Assembly (NCBI GenBank): GCA_030390025.1
Contig: CM059432.1
Location: 102,488,001 to 102,552,000 of the forward strand
Direction of reading: 5' to 3'
Source of the DNA: Squalus acanthias
Lineage: Eukaryota
DNA: 64,000 bases
Shown here: piece after piece, positions 51,211 through 63,572 of the stretch
Position numbering within the stretch: position 1 is the stretch's first letter
How the letters are laid out: each line of letters starts with the position of its first letter
Position numbers and translations under genes: made by a program
The notes under the pieces: generated by a model
Database searches by the model: none
What the model saw: the letters and a program-made list of their open reading frames with translations, nothing else
Told to the model about the DNA's origin: nothing

Positions 51211-52703
51211 TGAAGGAATAATTACAAGTCCTAGCCCATTTTGGGCTACCCCAGATCAGGCGTATTCCCCAGACGTTCACCTTCAACTAAAGTTAGCGGT
51301 AGTCGAATCCTAGAGATGCTTAATTTAGTCTAAAGGTTCAGACTATCTCTCCCTAAAGGAAAGGAACTGCCTGAAGATGTTACCGTTCTCCGGATAGCAC
51401 TTTTAACAAGTTTAACTAGACTGCAACCTTCCGGATATTATGAGGGTCTGGAAACACCCCCCCAGAATTCTACAACTACTTACAGAAGAGTGTACAGAAA
51501 TTGAGTTCGCGAGATTGATACTGAAATTACTCTGTGAGACAATTTTAAAAATATATAGATTTATTAAAGAACCGACATTTAGTTAACAGCTGGTATGGCA
51601 ATTGCAACTTTAACCGTTCAAAATACAAATAGCTTACATTTCTTATCAGAGATCCTTATTCTCAAATCTTAACTTTGTTACATTTCCACACTTCTACTTA
51701 TTTCTTAATCCAGAATATCCACCAAAATCAAATACCTTGATTACCCGAGACTCAGAGTTGTAGGCCTACAGAGTTGCTCTGAAGGCGAGAATCGCTCTGC
51801 CCCTTCCCAGTGACTTCTGACTCGCTATCTGAAAAGCTCTATTTTTATACCTTTTTTTAGTGGTTTATCCTTTGAAGTTTTCTGCTGATGTAAGCTAATT
51901 ATCTCCAGTGATTCTCTATTGACTTCTTTTCTATTCTTACTGTCAACCCAGCTGCTACCTCTCAGAATCCTGTCTGCTGTATAGGTGTTTCAAAAACTTA
52001 TCATTTTTATGGTTATTCTCGATTTATCTATTTGATGCTATTCTTAGGTATTCTTTCTATTGAATTCTTAACTCCCTTTAGCTGCTTGCATTCCAGACCT
52101 CGCGTCTCCCAACTGTTCCATTTTCAATACAAACATAATGTGATTGCTTGGTGTCATCTATTGATATTATATCTTCAAAGTGTTCTGTTTGTACCTTTTA
52201 CAATTTGTAAATCAAAAACACTTCATCTAGGATGTTCTTTGCATTTCTTATTTACTTCAATTGGTTGTATTAAGAATATTGTCTCCTTGTTCTAAGTTTA
52301 ACATTAAACTATTTTACGGCAGGTATTTCTTTACTTGATGTCATTTTTTCAAAGGCACTTGTTCTTTTAATGTTCTGTGCACCTGTTCGACGTGTTAGAT
52401 TTTAACGCTTTACTTGGGAAATTGCTATTGTTTTGGTTCCAAACTGTAAACATTCTGGAAGCACCAATGGTTTGCTTCAATAGGCCTTTGTGTCAGTGTC
52501 AATAACCATTTCCCATTTCAAAGCTTGTTTGGTGTTTACAGCTTTTGTTATCAACTGTTCTTATCTCAAAAGCCTGTATTGTGTTTTCAGCCTGTGTCGC
52601 CGAGGCTTTCCAGACTTTTAAACCCAGTATGTCATGTATTAATAATATCAGAAATCTGTTCATAGGATGGTGTATCTTTCTGAAATATGGCTATTCCATT
52701 ACA
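51211..52703 (-). repeat. 5' LTR of the foamy-like provirus
   Basis: Direct repeat of 44295-45786, TG...CA on the minus strand. Confidence 0.92.
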
Positions 52704-53385
52704 CTGGAGGCTCCTCCCGAGGGGTCAAAGCAGCAGAACCGTCCCTTCAGTAGCCCGATGGTCTGCTCGATGATGTTCCTGGTGGCAGTATGGCTCTCAT
52801 TATATAAGAACATAAGAACATACGAAATAGGAGCAGGAGTAGGCCAATCGGCCCCTCGAGCCTACTCCGCCATTCAATAAGATCATGGCTGATCTGATCC
52901 TCACCTCAAATCTAAAGAACACAAGAAGTAGGAGCAGGACCCAGCCACTCAGCCCCTGGGCCCGCTCCGCCACCCACAGGGCCCTGACCGATCCGAACTC
53001 AGCCTCATGTCCAATTTCCTGCCCGCTCACCATAACCCCTAATTCCCTTTACCTCTAGGAAACTATCTATTTCTGTTTTAAATTTATTTAATGATGTAGC
53101 TTCCACAGCTTCCTGGGGCAGCAAATTCTACAGACCTACTACCCTCTGCTGGGCACGAGTGGTGGGGTTGCGGAGGGGAGTTCCCAGCCATGTGCAGAGC
53201 GGATAGCGCTTGTCTCCGAGCAGCCACCCTCGGGTTTGATGTGGTGGCTGGAAGATTGCTGTCACACTGGACTGGCGCAGGATGAAGGAATCAGGATGCG
53301 GGCATTCACCATCATGATGCGCTGGCCCTGGTCGCACAACAACTGCACATTAAGTGAATGGTAGCCTTTGCGGTTACGGAAGATC
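52704..53385 (-). pseudogene. Harbinger copy 2 transposase, middle fragment (contains a CR1 insert)
   Basis: [11 protein letters not shown] and IEQTIGLLKGRFCCF-like segments, collinear with copy 1. Confidence 0.82.
52805..53148 (-). mobile_element. CR1 3'-end fragment with a duplicated 3' UTR motif
   Basis: (TTCTTATG)n tail at 52805-52825, with two tandem CCTGCTCCTA-containing UTR ends. Confidence 0.8.
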
Positions 53386-55025
53386 TGTAAGGGATTCTGA
53401 CCCTGCGTGTCTCGCAGCCTGTGAGATTCACGCGGCTCTGTGCAGCCTGTATGTCAGTGCGGGTTTAGGCCTTGTTGCCTGTTCTGGTCTCCAGCCAGTC
53501 TGGGAGCACTAGACACACCTGTGAGTGGTTCGAATCACTCGCCCTTACGGTTCTAGACACTGGACTTAGATGCGAGAGCAGTAATGGAGATGAAACTCAT
53601 GTAGACTCGGTTGAATGGTACGAAATGGAAAATCTTTATTGCATGATATTTAAGATTACGAAATACATGTCATAAGCACAGATTAATGACAGTACAATCT
53701 TACAAGCAGTTATATAGCTGATCCTAGGGAAACGAGGAACGAACGACACACCGTAAATAGGGGCACACATTACAAGTATCCTTAATACTTAAACCCTCCC
53801 CTATCAATATCTGTCCTAGCTAGATTCGTAGGATTTCGAGACTCATGCTCACCACTCGTGATAACTCGGAGAAATTCCGAATAGCTGATCGGATGTTTTC
53901 CACCGCAGCACCCACGTGTCGGTCAGGAGGTCTCCTGGTCCCACTTGTTTACTTGCTTCTGCTCCGGCTAGCAGGCTGGACCGTCTGCTGTGATGAAGAT
54001 CTGTGTTGGTTGGTTTAACAGGTACTTTCCGAATACAGACCAGTCAATATCATCTTTGACGATCCGTTCTTGCAAGTTCAAAGAAGTCTTCCTGGCAAGG
54101 AAAACTTGGCTGTTCGACCTACAGGCACGGTCGGGATTTACTGACCGTGGCGATGAGTATGGTCTTCCTCTCTTCTCATCTCATCTCATCTCATCTCATC
54201 TCATCTCGGGCCTTTGGTTCCGATGCCAGTTACCAACATAGGTCTTCGTTACGCGACACGAGGTAGATCCGAACGGATCAGAAAGTTCAACAGTCTTTTT
54301 CAAAAAGGCACCAGGCAAGCAGGAACAAGACTACGAGTCAAAACACAGGAGCAGCCACGAGGTTACGAGTCGATCGGATAAGAGAATAAGAGAAAGATGG
54401 ACGGTTGGAGCTTGTAATTATAGTACAAAATCTTCCGTTTCCCGCCCAACCTTAATGTCCTTTCTTTTGTTTGGGTTTGGCGCTCAAATGTCTTGTATGG
54501 GTCATCTCCGTTCTTAATGGGTTTCGGGGCTACTCGTAACTGTCTGAGTACCTGTTAATATTTCTCCCATTGTTAAATCGATCGGTGTTCTCCCTGGAGG
54601 GGTCTTGGGGCTTCCAAGTGTTTTGTATAACTACCTGCTAACGGCTCTCTCATCGTAGAGTCGTTGGGATTTTACATATTAATGTCTTTTGGATGGGCCC
54701 TTGATTACTCGGTACAATAGCTTTCATTCGTACCTGGGAGACCGATTTCAGTATTTATGTGTATACTGCAAACCCATAATGTCTCGTGTATTATCTTCAC
54801 TGTGCTGAATCTTAATCGATCTTGCACAAATGTTTATTGGAACGCCATCTTGTCTGCCTGTCGAAAAGTCTAGAATGTTCTGTCACGAGGTGCGGCGGCC
54901 ATTTTACAGGCTGCTTGTGTCCACTTTGAGAAACCTGACAGCATTCTGCTGAAATAAAAGCTGTTTGAACGAGACTCTGTGTTTTCTCCTTATTAATAAA
55001 ATCGCGATATATTGCGAATTCTACA
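53386..55025 (-). repeat. 3' LTR of Loki-2
   Basis: Direct repeat of 61170-62809, with about 4 differences seen by eye. Confidence 0.95.
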
Positions 55026-55479
55026 GTCCCTCCTGTTGATGCGAATAACTCCGCTTATCGTATCAAAAATCATAGTGGTGAGCAATATTATCTCGATTTT
55101 CTCTCCGAATCCAGCAAATTAATCCCATAACTTTAACCTAGCTAGGGTCTCTGTGTCGTCCTTATTTCCCAAGAAAATTACATTTTATATCACCGTGGGC
55201 CTTTATTTGCCCTTAAACTTACACCACTTGTTTTCCTTCCCGGCATAACCAGGCCGATGCCTCTCGTATCACCTGTATATTCATCTTTTATTCAGGGAAA
55301 GGAAAAACAAAACCCAAAACCAAACAATCATTTTTAACTACAACACCATCACCAAAAATAATCAACACCAACTCTTAACACATGTCGAGTTCCCAAACGT
55401 ATTTACAATCATTGAAAATCATGATCGAGTACAAACTTCCGCGGCGCACGTGGCGAGCGGGAATGACGCCATTTTCCGA

Positions 55480-57818
55480 TTACACGGTGCTTTCATCGTG
55501 CACGCGCACGTAACGTTCTCGCCACTCTCCCGTGTTTTCATGCTTGGTGAGGCGTTTGTCTCTTTTACAATGTACGACCAATAGGTACACTACAATAAAC
55601 ACTTGACATACGACTAAAATGTGGGAGGCTATTCTGATCCATGAAGGCACTTCAATATTGGTGAACAGATTCCACCACGGTGGAATTACTATATCCAGAA
55701 TGTCTGTTCCTATTTCGACAGTTTTCTGCTCTAATGTATAAAAATGTTTCTGTGACACCGCGACGGCTTTTAAAAGCTTGGTGAGGTGTTCAGGGAGAGG
55801 GGGAATGAGGTATCCGAAATGCGCGACGAATCGTTGCAATTCGGTGAAATTCTCTTTTACTGTGAGATGAACAGTGGATGGTTCAGGGATTGGGATAATT
55901 CGCTGTTGTGCTACTTGAACTTCCGCCCTGGGTTTAAAACAGAAACTGCTGTCACTCACCGGACACCGGCTACGGTTTCCATGCTGGTAGTGTTGCGCTG
56001 CAGTGGTAACACAATATGTTCCACCCCCGATGTATGCTACCTGCGGAGGCACATGATCTTGTGCCATTGCCTCCATGGTACAATTCATGGACTTGGCGCC
56101 AGTCGTTCTGAACCCGCACTGTGGTGTTAAAAGGCATTCAAGTGCTGGGGGCACAGTATTATGTGTGCTCCCCTGCCACGACAACCAGAGAGATCTGTAC
56201 CTGTCATCGTTTGCTCCCAGCGGATGACGTAAGGTGGAACCGCTGCATAACGAATGTGGGCTCCCCCCTGAATGACACCAATGTTCTCTACCCGATACAC
56301 CGGGGCGGGCTTTGCTGTGTCGCCCAAAACCGGCATGCGTAAAACTATACCCATAATGGTATGGTTTGATCGTCCGCAGTCCACGGGGACTGGGTATGCT
56401 TCTGAAGCTAGCCTGAGCTGGCACGGACTTAATGCGTTCTGAAAAGGGTGGAGCGCCCGCAGGTGTTTGTTACTTATCCAGGACGGGACCAAACCTTGTT
56501 TTAAATCCTCCAAATTACTGCGGCCCTCGCCCAGTAACCACGCCCCGTAAAGCACGCACACCTCGTTCTGCGCAGCTTGATCGGATGCATTCCGATCTTC
56601 CCTAATCAGGGCATTTACCGTCTTTGCATGTTTCTCCAACTCTTTTAAATGGAGAGTCATGGCTTGGTCCTCGTGTAGACCCGACCCTACCACTTTATTC
56701 TCATCTGTTAGAATGTCTTTTAATTGTGTCTTTAAACCATTAATCTGGGTCTGCAGCTCCACACTGTCTAGAGCGTTGACCACAGATGTACCCGTGTTAA
56801 AAGCAGTGAACGCATCGTTCACCAAACCCCTTCTTTGCCTCCCTACTTGATCCAAAACTTCCTGTGGTGCGGTGTACAAACTTGTTTTATCAATTTCCGC
56901 GAAATCGAATTCGTAAAATTGTCTGAACATCTTGGTCAACAGGACCTGATACAACTGTTCCGTCTTTTTGGGGCACCACTCTGGTAACCGCACCTCGGTG
57001 AGATTTAAAATCACCGAGGCCACCGCGTAATGTACTCCCTGAAATAGTATCTGGTCTGTGGGGACCAGTACCAAACCATTCCCGGGTCCCTTACTAGTTT
57101 TAGGGCACCCTTCTTCCTCAGCTAGAACCACCGGAATCGTGGGCGGGGCTTTGCGTGGGCGCGTAATGAGCTCAGTGGCATTTACCGGGATCGAAGAGTA
57201 TGGGGCTCCGCACCCCCTGGTGCTCGCATCCCACCTCATCCCCTGTCCGTTATCCTGCCACTGATTAATGAGAAATATGGATATGCCTTTGGGGCAAGGG
57301 TATTTTGACCCCCACATGCATACATAAATTCCCTCGTCCGGTTCCCACCATTTGTCCCAACAGACTTTCACTTGTCCGTTTGTCCCCGTAATTGTCCGAT
57401 GGGTATTATTACCCAGTCGTTCCCACTCGACCGACGAGTTCCTCATAGTTTTGCTCAGCTTTCGCAGCCACCACCATCGGCTCAATGGGACATTCCCACT
57501 ACAAGTCAAACAAATCCGTTTGCCGACGGTGACGCTGATCCTGGGTGCGATGATCCTTACTTTGGGGCACATTAAAGAAGTCTCTTTGTAGGCAAACCCC
57601 GATGTGCTAGAATACTCCGTTGAGTTCGTTCCCAGCCATCCTGGCCACCTTCCCTTGTGGAAATAGGTGCTGGTCTCCTCTGCCTCCTGTCTTCCGGTCC
57701 CATCTACCGCGATGGGGGCCGTGTCCCCGGAACATCCAAACACCACGACATCCTTGGTGCGGCCTCGATAGGCCAATCCACATCCGATTGCCACGAGCAA
57801 TACTAGAATTCGTTCCAT
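55480..57818 (-). pseudogene. env: Loki-2 env, with a 1-bp deletion in a T-run near 56130 and a 12-bp in-frame deletion
   Basis: Nearly identical protein to 20157-22508. GCC TTTT AAC here versus GCC TTTTT AAC in Loki-1; IIAE is missing. Confidence 0.9.
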
Positions 57819-58104
57819 CCTTCCTTGGTTCCTGTGATCAGATAGAATGAGGTAGCCAGCCTCACAAGAGTCTCTGGCTTTTGTGAAGGGTGAGCGGGTC
57901 CCCTGACCTCGCCTCACGTAAACTTCAACGTTCGCTGAATAAACTTTAACTAAACCTATCTTTAAAGCTCCCATCATTTTATCGTTTTCTGTTAAAAACA
58001 CTACAATCTTAACCTTATTAAAACTATAAACTTAACCTTGAACTATGAACTTAAAACTGAAAACTTATTACTATACAGTGCCGCCCGTTCTCAGGGCGGC
58101 CCCT

Positions 58105-59250
58105 TTAAATTCTGAGAAGGCTGCTGCGAGCTCTTCCCGACGGTGGGAGGGCACTGACCCTTCCCTTTGATCTGCCGCAGCCTGTTGCTGCACTGATTCC
58201 TTCCTCTGATCTGCCGCAGCCTGTTGCTGCTGCGATGGGGCCGGGCTGTATCTGGGTTGCCTTAACCTTAAGTCTACGCCTTGGGGCAGTCTGGGGACAT
58301 GACCACATCCTCCTGGGCTGGGGTTCTCTACTTGACCTACGGGGAGTTGCCATGGGCGGGGGTTCCGTGACTGACGGACCGGGTTCCGAGACTTCCATCG
58401 GGACGACCTGGGGTTCCACCACAGTCGCTGGGTCCGCCTCCGCTGACTTCGCCTCCCTAACCTCGGGGCTCGCAGTTTGTGGCTCCGCCCTGCTCGGCCC
58501 AGCAGGCGGCCCTTCACTCGTGATCTCTGCCTCCCCCGAGGACGGGACGTTCAAAGCGGGCGGCTCTGTCTCTGGGGTCCTCACCGTCACTCCCTGTGCT
58601 CCCACAGCGGCTGGCCCCGCCTCCCCTAGCTCCTCCCTCCTGTCTTCGGGACCTGCAGCTTGTGTGTCCACCCTGTGTGGATCTCTATCTGCAGCCCGTA
58701 TCCTCCCTATACCTAAAATGGGACCGTTCCCCAAAAACCACTCGTCTTCATCACTATCCTCATCTGACTCGAGTTCCCGGAATTCTCCCTCATCTGACTC
58801 CCAACCCCACAAAAATGCTTCATGATCTTCCAGGATGTCCCCTCCCCTGATGCAAGCTGCTTTGCCTGCCTGTGTGCCTTGTGGTCCTACCTGGGGCTGC
58901 GAGTCCCCACTCGCAGGTTTTTCCCCTGTGGTTTTCCCTTGTGCACCTAGCTTGTACAGTTTGCACTGGTTTACATCCTCATACTCCCGGCTTTTGGCTA
59001 CCCTGTAGGCTGCTTTTATCTCACTAAGCTGCGCTTCTAGCCTGAGCACGTCTAACTTTCCCATTGAGCGGGCGTTCTCCTCCCGCAGGGCCTGCTCTCT
59101 AAGCTGCCCTTCCAGCCCATCTATTTTCCCTATTAAGCGGGCGTTCTCCTCCCGCAAGGCCTGCTCTTTTAACCTGGCCTCCTCACCGCAGACCCCCTCC
59201 TGTGCGTGTCTTTTAAAAGGACACAGGTAGGCAGGCTGCGTGGGCTCTAG
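58105..59250 (-). CDS. Gag-readthrough extension: Gag-like coiled coil fused to the integrase C-terminal tail (381 aa)
   Basis: In frame with the gag TGA-CTAG and open to the same stop as Loki-1 pol (...SSLLRI). Confidence 0.7.
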   Translation of the reverse strand, partial: LEPTQPAYLCPFKRHAQEGVCGEEARLKEQALREENARLIGKIDGLEGQLREQALREENARSMGKLDVLRLEAQLSEIKAAYRVAKSREYEDVNQCKLYKLGAQGKTTGEKPASGDSQPQVGPQGTQAGKAACIRGGDILEDHEAFLWGWESDEGEFRELESDEDSDEDEWFLGNGPILGIGRIRAADRDPHRVDTQAAGPEDRREELGEAGPAAVGAQGVTVRTPETEPPALNVPSSGEAEITSEGPPAGPSRAEPQTASPEVREAKSAEADPATVVEPQVVPMEVSEPGPSVTEPPPMATPRRSSREPQPRRMWSCPQTAPRRRLKVKATQIQPGPIAAATGCGRSEEGISAATGCGRSKGRVSALPPSGRARSSLLRI

Positions 59251-61165
59251 TCATTGGGTACTATTAGACGGTCCTGCGGCACCTACGGGGCCGGTTGCGA
59301 CCGCCACCTTTCCATGTGCACTCAATAAACTGCGCATGGCTCCTAACACTACTTCGAGGTCGTCGGGAGGGGTGGGTGCATTAGCTTCCCTAGCCGGGAC
59401 AGGCGCCTGGGCTCGGACCACGGGATTTTTATCCTTGGAATCTTTCCAAGGGTTCCTGCAATGCTTGCGCCAGTGCCCTGTCTTCCCACACCCGTAACAA
59501 GCATTACTTGCCTGTGGGGCGCGATTACCCTCCTGATGCCACTCTCTTTGATACGGGGCTGCGGGTCGTACCTCATGTACTTTTCCCTTAAGGGGACGTG
59601 TTGCCATACCCCTTATATTGCGATATCCTAACGTGAGTCGATTCAAGACCGACTCTTCCGTAATGTTGGGGTCATTGGGATCAAACCATGCTTTTGCCTG
59701 CTCTCTGACGGCTGGTAAACTGTTGGCTATTATGCACCTAAGCCAATGAGCTAAACTGGCGCCTTCCACATCTTCGCGCTTGGGCGCACCTAGACAGCTG
59801 CGCTCATATACTGGCCACAGCCTGTCGGCAAAAACCTTCGGGGGTTCTCCCTCCATCTGCACTGTCTGTCCCACTCTAGCAAACGGACCTTCATCGTTCG
59901 CCCCCAACACTTCCAGGACCTCATTCTTTAATGCCTCATAAGTCTTGGTTCCCCTCTTGCTCTCGCCTGAGAGACACTGAAGGACTGAGCTGTCTAATGA
60001 GAACAGCAGCATTTTTGCTGTTTCCCCATCATCGCAGCCGTTAATGGCTGCGGCTTGCTCAACTTCTCTGAAATGTACGGAAGGGTCGTCTGACTCGGTC
60101 AGCTTCCGTACGTGATTTATCATAGCTCTCAGCTGATGTGAACTGTGAGGCAATACAAGCTGTCCGAGGAGATCCCCTGGTTCTTCCCCACCGTTTCTGT
60201 TTGGGCCCCTTTTAATACCCGTTACTGGATACAACGGTCCCTTTTCCACTTCTTTCTCAATGGGCTCTTTCGTTTCTTCCATTGCTTCCTCCCTAACCCA
60301 GGTTTCCGAATAGCTGGGTGGCGTGGAGGGCGCAGTGGCTACTACTTCCTCTGCTTTACTTGGTGGGGATTTCTTAAACTTCTCACTTACTAGCGGCTGG
60401 TGTGCTGATGGACTGATAAGGCACACCATGCCGTGCGCTTTGTTCACGGCCTTTTTGAGGTGCTCTATCTCTTTTTGGCAGGCGCTATGATCGGCTCCCT
60501 GAAACTTATCCTCAAGGGCCAACTTATATGCCGCCCTAACCCCCGTTAAGCTCTCTTCCTGAGTTCTTATCTGGGCAGCTTGGCGGGCACATCTTTCCTT
60601 TAACCTGCTCTCATTTAACTTTGCCTCAGTGACCTGGCACTCGAGGTAATCTATCCTTGTTTTATGGTGACTGGAGATTTCCTGGCGTTCTTGGTGCAAC
60701 GCACTTAAATTCCTAATGAGCATTTCCCCTCCAGAAACCTTCTCATCCATTTCTCCCTCTAAATGACTGATTCGAGCTGTTAGCGCTGTAATGGTCTGGT
60801 TTGAAATCTGGACCTGCCTTTTGTAACACATTAGCCAGACTGCTTTCTCGAGTGTCTTTTTATGTTCTTGGCTGATCTGATCCTCACCTCAAATCTAAAG
60901 AACACAAGAAGTAGGAGCAGGACCCAGCCACTCAGCCCCTGGGCCCGCTCCGCCACCCACAGGGCCCTGACCGATCCGAACTCAGCCTCATGTCCAATTT
61001 CCTGCCCGCTCACCATAACCCCTAATTCCCTTTACCTCTAGGAAACTATCTATTTCTGTTTTAAATTTATTTAATGATGTAGCTTCCACAGCTTCCTGGG
61101 GCAGCAATCATTCTAAAGTCTAACACACTACCCTCTCGCTGCCAGTGTCCTGCCGCGGTCGCCAT
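59251..61165 (-). pseudogene. gag: Loki-2 gag, 5' end disrupted by a 238-bp insert
   Basis: 526-aa ORF highly similar to Loki-1 Gag including the CCHC box. Insert at 60870-61107. Confidence 0.9.
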
Positions 61166-61169
61166 TTTC

Positions 61170-62809
61170 TTTAAGGGATTCTGACCCTGCGTGTCTCGCA
61201 GCCTGTGAGATTCACGCAGCTCTGTGCAGCCTATATGTCAGTGCGGGTTTAGGCCTTGTTGCCTGTTCTGGTCTCCAGACAGTCTGGGAGCACTAGACAC
61301 ACCTGTGAGTGGTTCGAATCACTCGCCCTTACGGTTCTAGACACTGGACTTAGATGCGAGAGCAGTAATGGAGATGAAACTCATGTAGACTCGGTTGAAT
61401 GGTACGAAATGGAAAATCTTTATTGCATGATATTTAAGATTACGAAATACATGTCATAAGCACAGATTAATGACAGTACAATCTTACAAGCAGTTATATA
61501 GCTGATCCTAGGGAAACGAGGAACGAACGACACACCGTAAATAGGGGCACACATTACAAGTATCCTTAATACTTAAACCCTCCCCTATCAATATCTGTCC
61601 TAGCTAGATTCGTAGGATTTCGAGACTCATGCTCACCACTCGTGATAACTCGGAGAAATTCCGAATAGCTGATCGGATGTTTTCCACCGCAGCACCCACG
61701 TGTCGGTCAGGAGGTCTCCTGGTCCCACTTGTTTACTTGCTTCTGCTCCGGCTAGCAGGCTGGACCGTCTGCTGTGATGAAGATCTGTGTTGGTTGGTTT
61801 AACAGGTACTTTCCGAATACAGACCAGTCAATATCATCTTTGACGATCCGTTCTTGCAAGTTCAAAGAAGTCTTCCTGGCAAGGAAAACTTGGCTGTTCG
61901 ACCTACAGGCACGGTCGGGATTTACTGACCGTGGCGATGAGTATGGTCTTCCTCTCTTCTCATCTCATCTCATCTCATCTCATCTCATCTCGGGCCTTTG
62001 GTTCCGATGCCAGTTACCAACATAGGTCTTCGTTACGCGACACGAGGTAGATCCGAACGGATCAGAAAGTTCAACAGTCTTTTTCAAAAAGGCACCAGGC
62101 AAGCAGGAACAAGACTACGAGTCAAAACACAGGAGCAGCCACGAGGTTACGAGTCGATCGGATAAGAGAATAAGAGAAAGATGGACGGTTGGAGCTTGTA
62201 ATTATAGTACAAAATCTTCCGTTTCCCGCCCAACCTTAATGTCCTTTCTTTTGTTTGGGTTTGGCGCTCAAATGTCTTGTATGGGTCATCTCCGTTCTTA
62301 ATGGGTTTCGGGGCTACTCGTAACTGTCTGAGTACCTGTTAATATTTCTCCCATTGTTAAATCGATCGGTGTTCTCCCTGGAGGGGTCTTGGGGCTTCCA
62401 AGTGTTTTGTATAACTACCTGCTAACGGCTCTCTCATCGTAGAGTCGTTGGGATTTTACATATTAATGTCTTTTGGATGGGCCCTTGATTACTCGGTACA
62501 ATAGCTTTCATTCGTACCTGGGAGACCGATTTCAGTATTTATGTGTATACTGCAAACCCATAATGTCTCGTGTATTATCTTCACTGTGCTGAATCTTAAT
62601 CGATCTTGCACAAATGTTTATTGGAACGCCATCTTGTCTGCCTGTCGAAAAGTCTAGAATGTTCTGTCACGAGGTGCGGCGGCCATTTTACAGGCTGCTT
62701 GTGTCCACTTTGAGAAACCTGACAGCATTCTGCTGAAATAAAAGCTGTTTGAACGAGACTCTGTGTTTTCTCCTTATTAATAAAATCGCGATATATTGCG
62801 AATTCTACA
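61170..62809 (-). repeat. 5' LTR of Loki-2
   Basis: Direct repeat of 53386-55025, with the PBS at 61147-61164. The terminal CA next to the PBS is mutated to AA. Confidence 0.95.
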
Positions 62810-63388
62810 GATCTCAGGATTGTTATGCAGCGCCTGCAAAACCACGTGTGTGCAGTCGATGCCGCCCTGCACCATGGGGAAGCCCACTATCCTGGCAAAG
62901 CCACTTGCGTGCTCGTCCTGGTTTTCTTTTTTCAGAGGGAAGGCAACGTAGTCCCTTCTCCTGGTGTAGAGAGCCTCAGTGACCTCCCGGACGCAGCGAG
63001 GGACGGTGAACTGGGAGATATTAGCTATGTCTCCTGCTATAGATTGGAAGGATCCGCTGGTGAAAAAATTGAGGGCCACGGTGACCTTGATGGCCACTAG
63101 GAGAGCCGTGGTCGCCCTGTTCTGAGGTGGCCGGTCTGGTTGCAGGAGGTGGCAAAGTTCTGTGACCACCACCTTGGTGAAGCACAGCCTTCTAATACAC
63201 TGCTCCTCGCTTAAGTGGAGGTAAGAGAAGTGCTCTCAAAAGATCCTAGGTGGGTAAGGCCTTCTATTGAGAGCCCTCCTGGCCCTCCTCCTCCTCCCTC
63301 TGAGAGCATCTTCTCCTCTTCTTCGCTGCCTCTGCTCCCTCTTCCGAAGATACTCATGCGCGAGGGGGACTACAAGTAGAGCCCCCAT
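62810..63388 (-). pseudogene. Harbinger copy 2 transposase, 5' fragment
   Basis: MGALLVV start, and motifs KVTVALNFFTSGSFQ and GFPMVQGGIDCTHV. Confidence 0.88.
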
Positions 63389-63572
63389 GACTGTGAGTAA
63401 GTGTTGTGAGCAGAAGCCTTTAAATAAGAATGAAGGCATTCTCCACTTCCACCAACACTCCCTGCGATCTCAGGAACTTTAAACAAGTTTAGAAAGCTGC
63501 ACAATTTGCAGAAACTTAGACAGAGCTAGTCAAACTGAGAAACCATGTCAGCTGCAAGTTATTGATGATGAT

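Larger units (their letters stand above)
44295..52703 (-). mobile_element. Endogenous foamy-like virus, internally deleted (RT and most of env missing)
   Basis: About 1.49-kb LTRs, TSD CTAG/CTGG, tRNA-Lys1,2-like PBS, PPT AAGAGCGGGG, and spumavirus-like Gag, RNase H and integrase motifs. Confidence 0.88.
53386..62809 (-). mobile_element. Pol-less (non-autonomous) lokiretrovirus-like provirus (Loki-2)
   Basis: 1640-bp LTRs and TSD GATC (53382-53385 and 62810-62813). gag and env are homologous to Loki-1, and pol is replaced. Confidence 0.92.
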
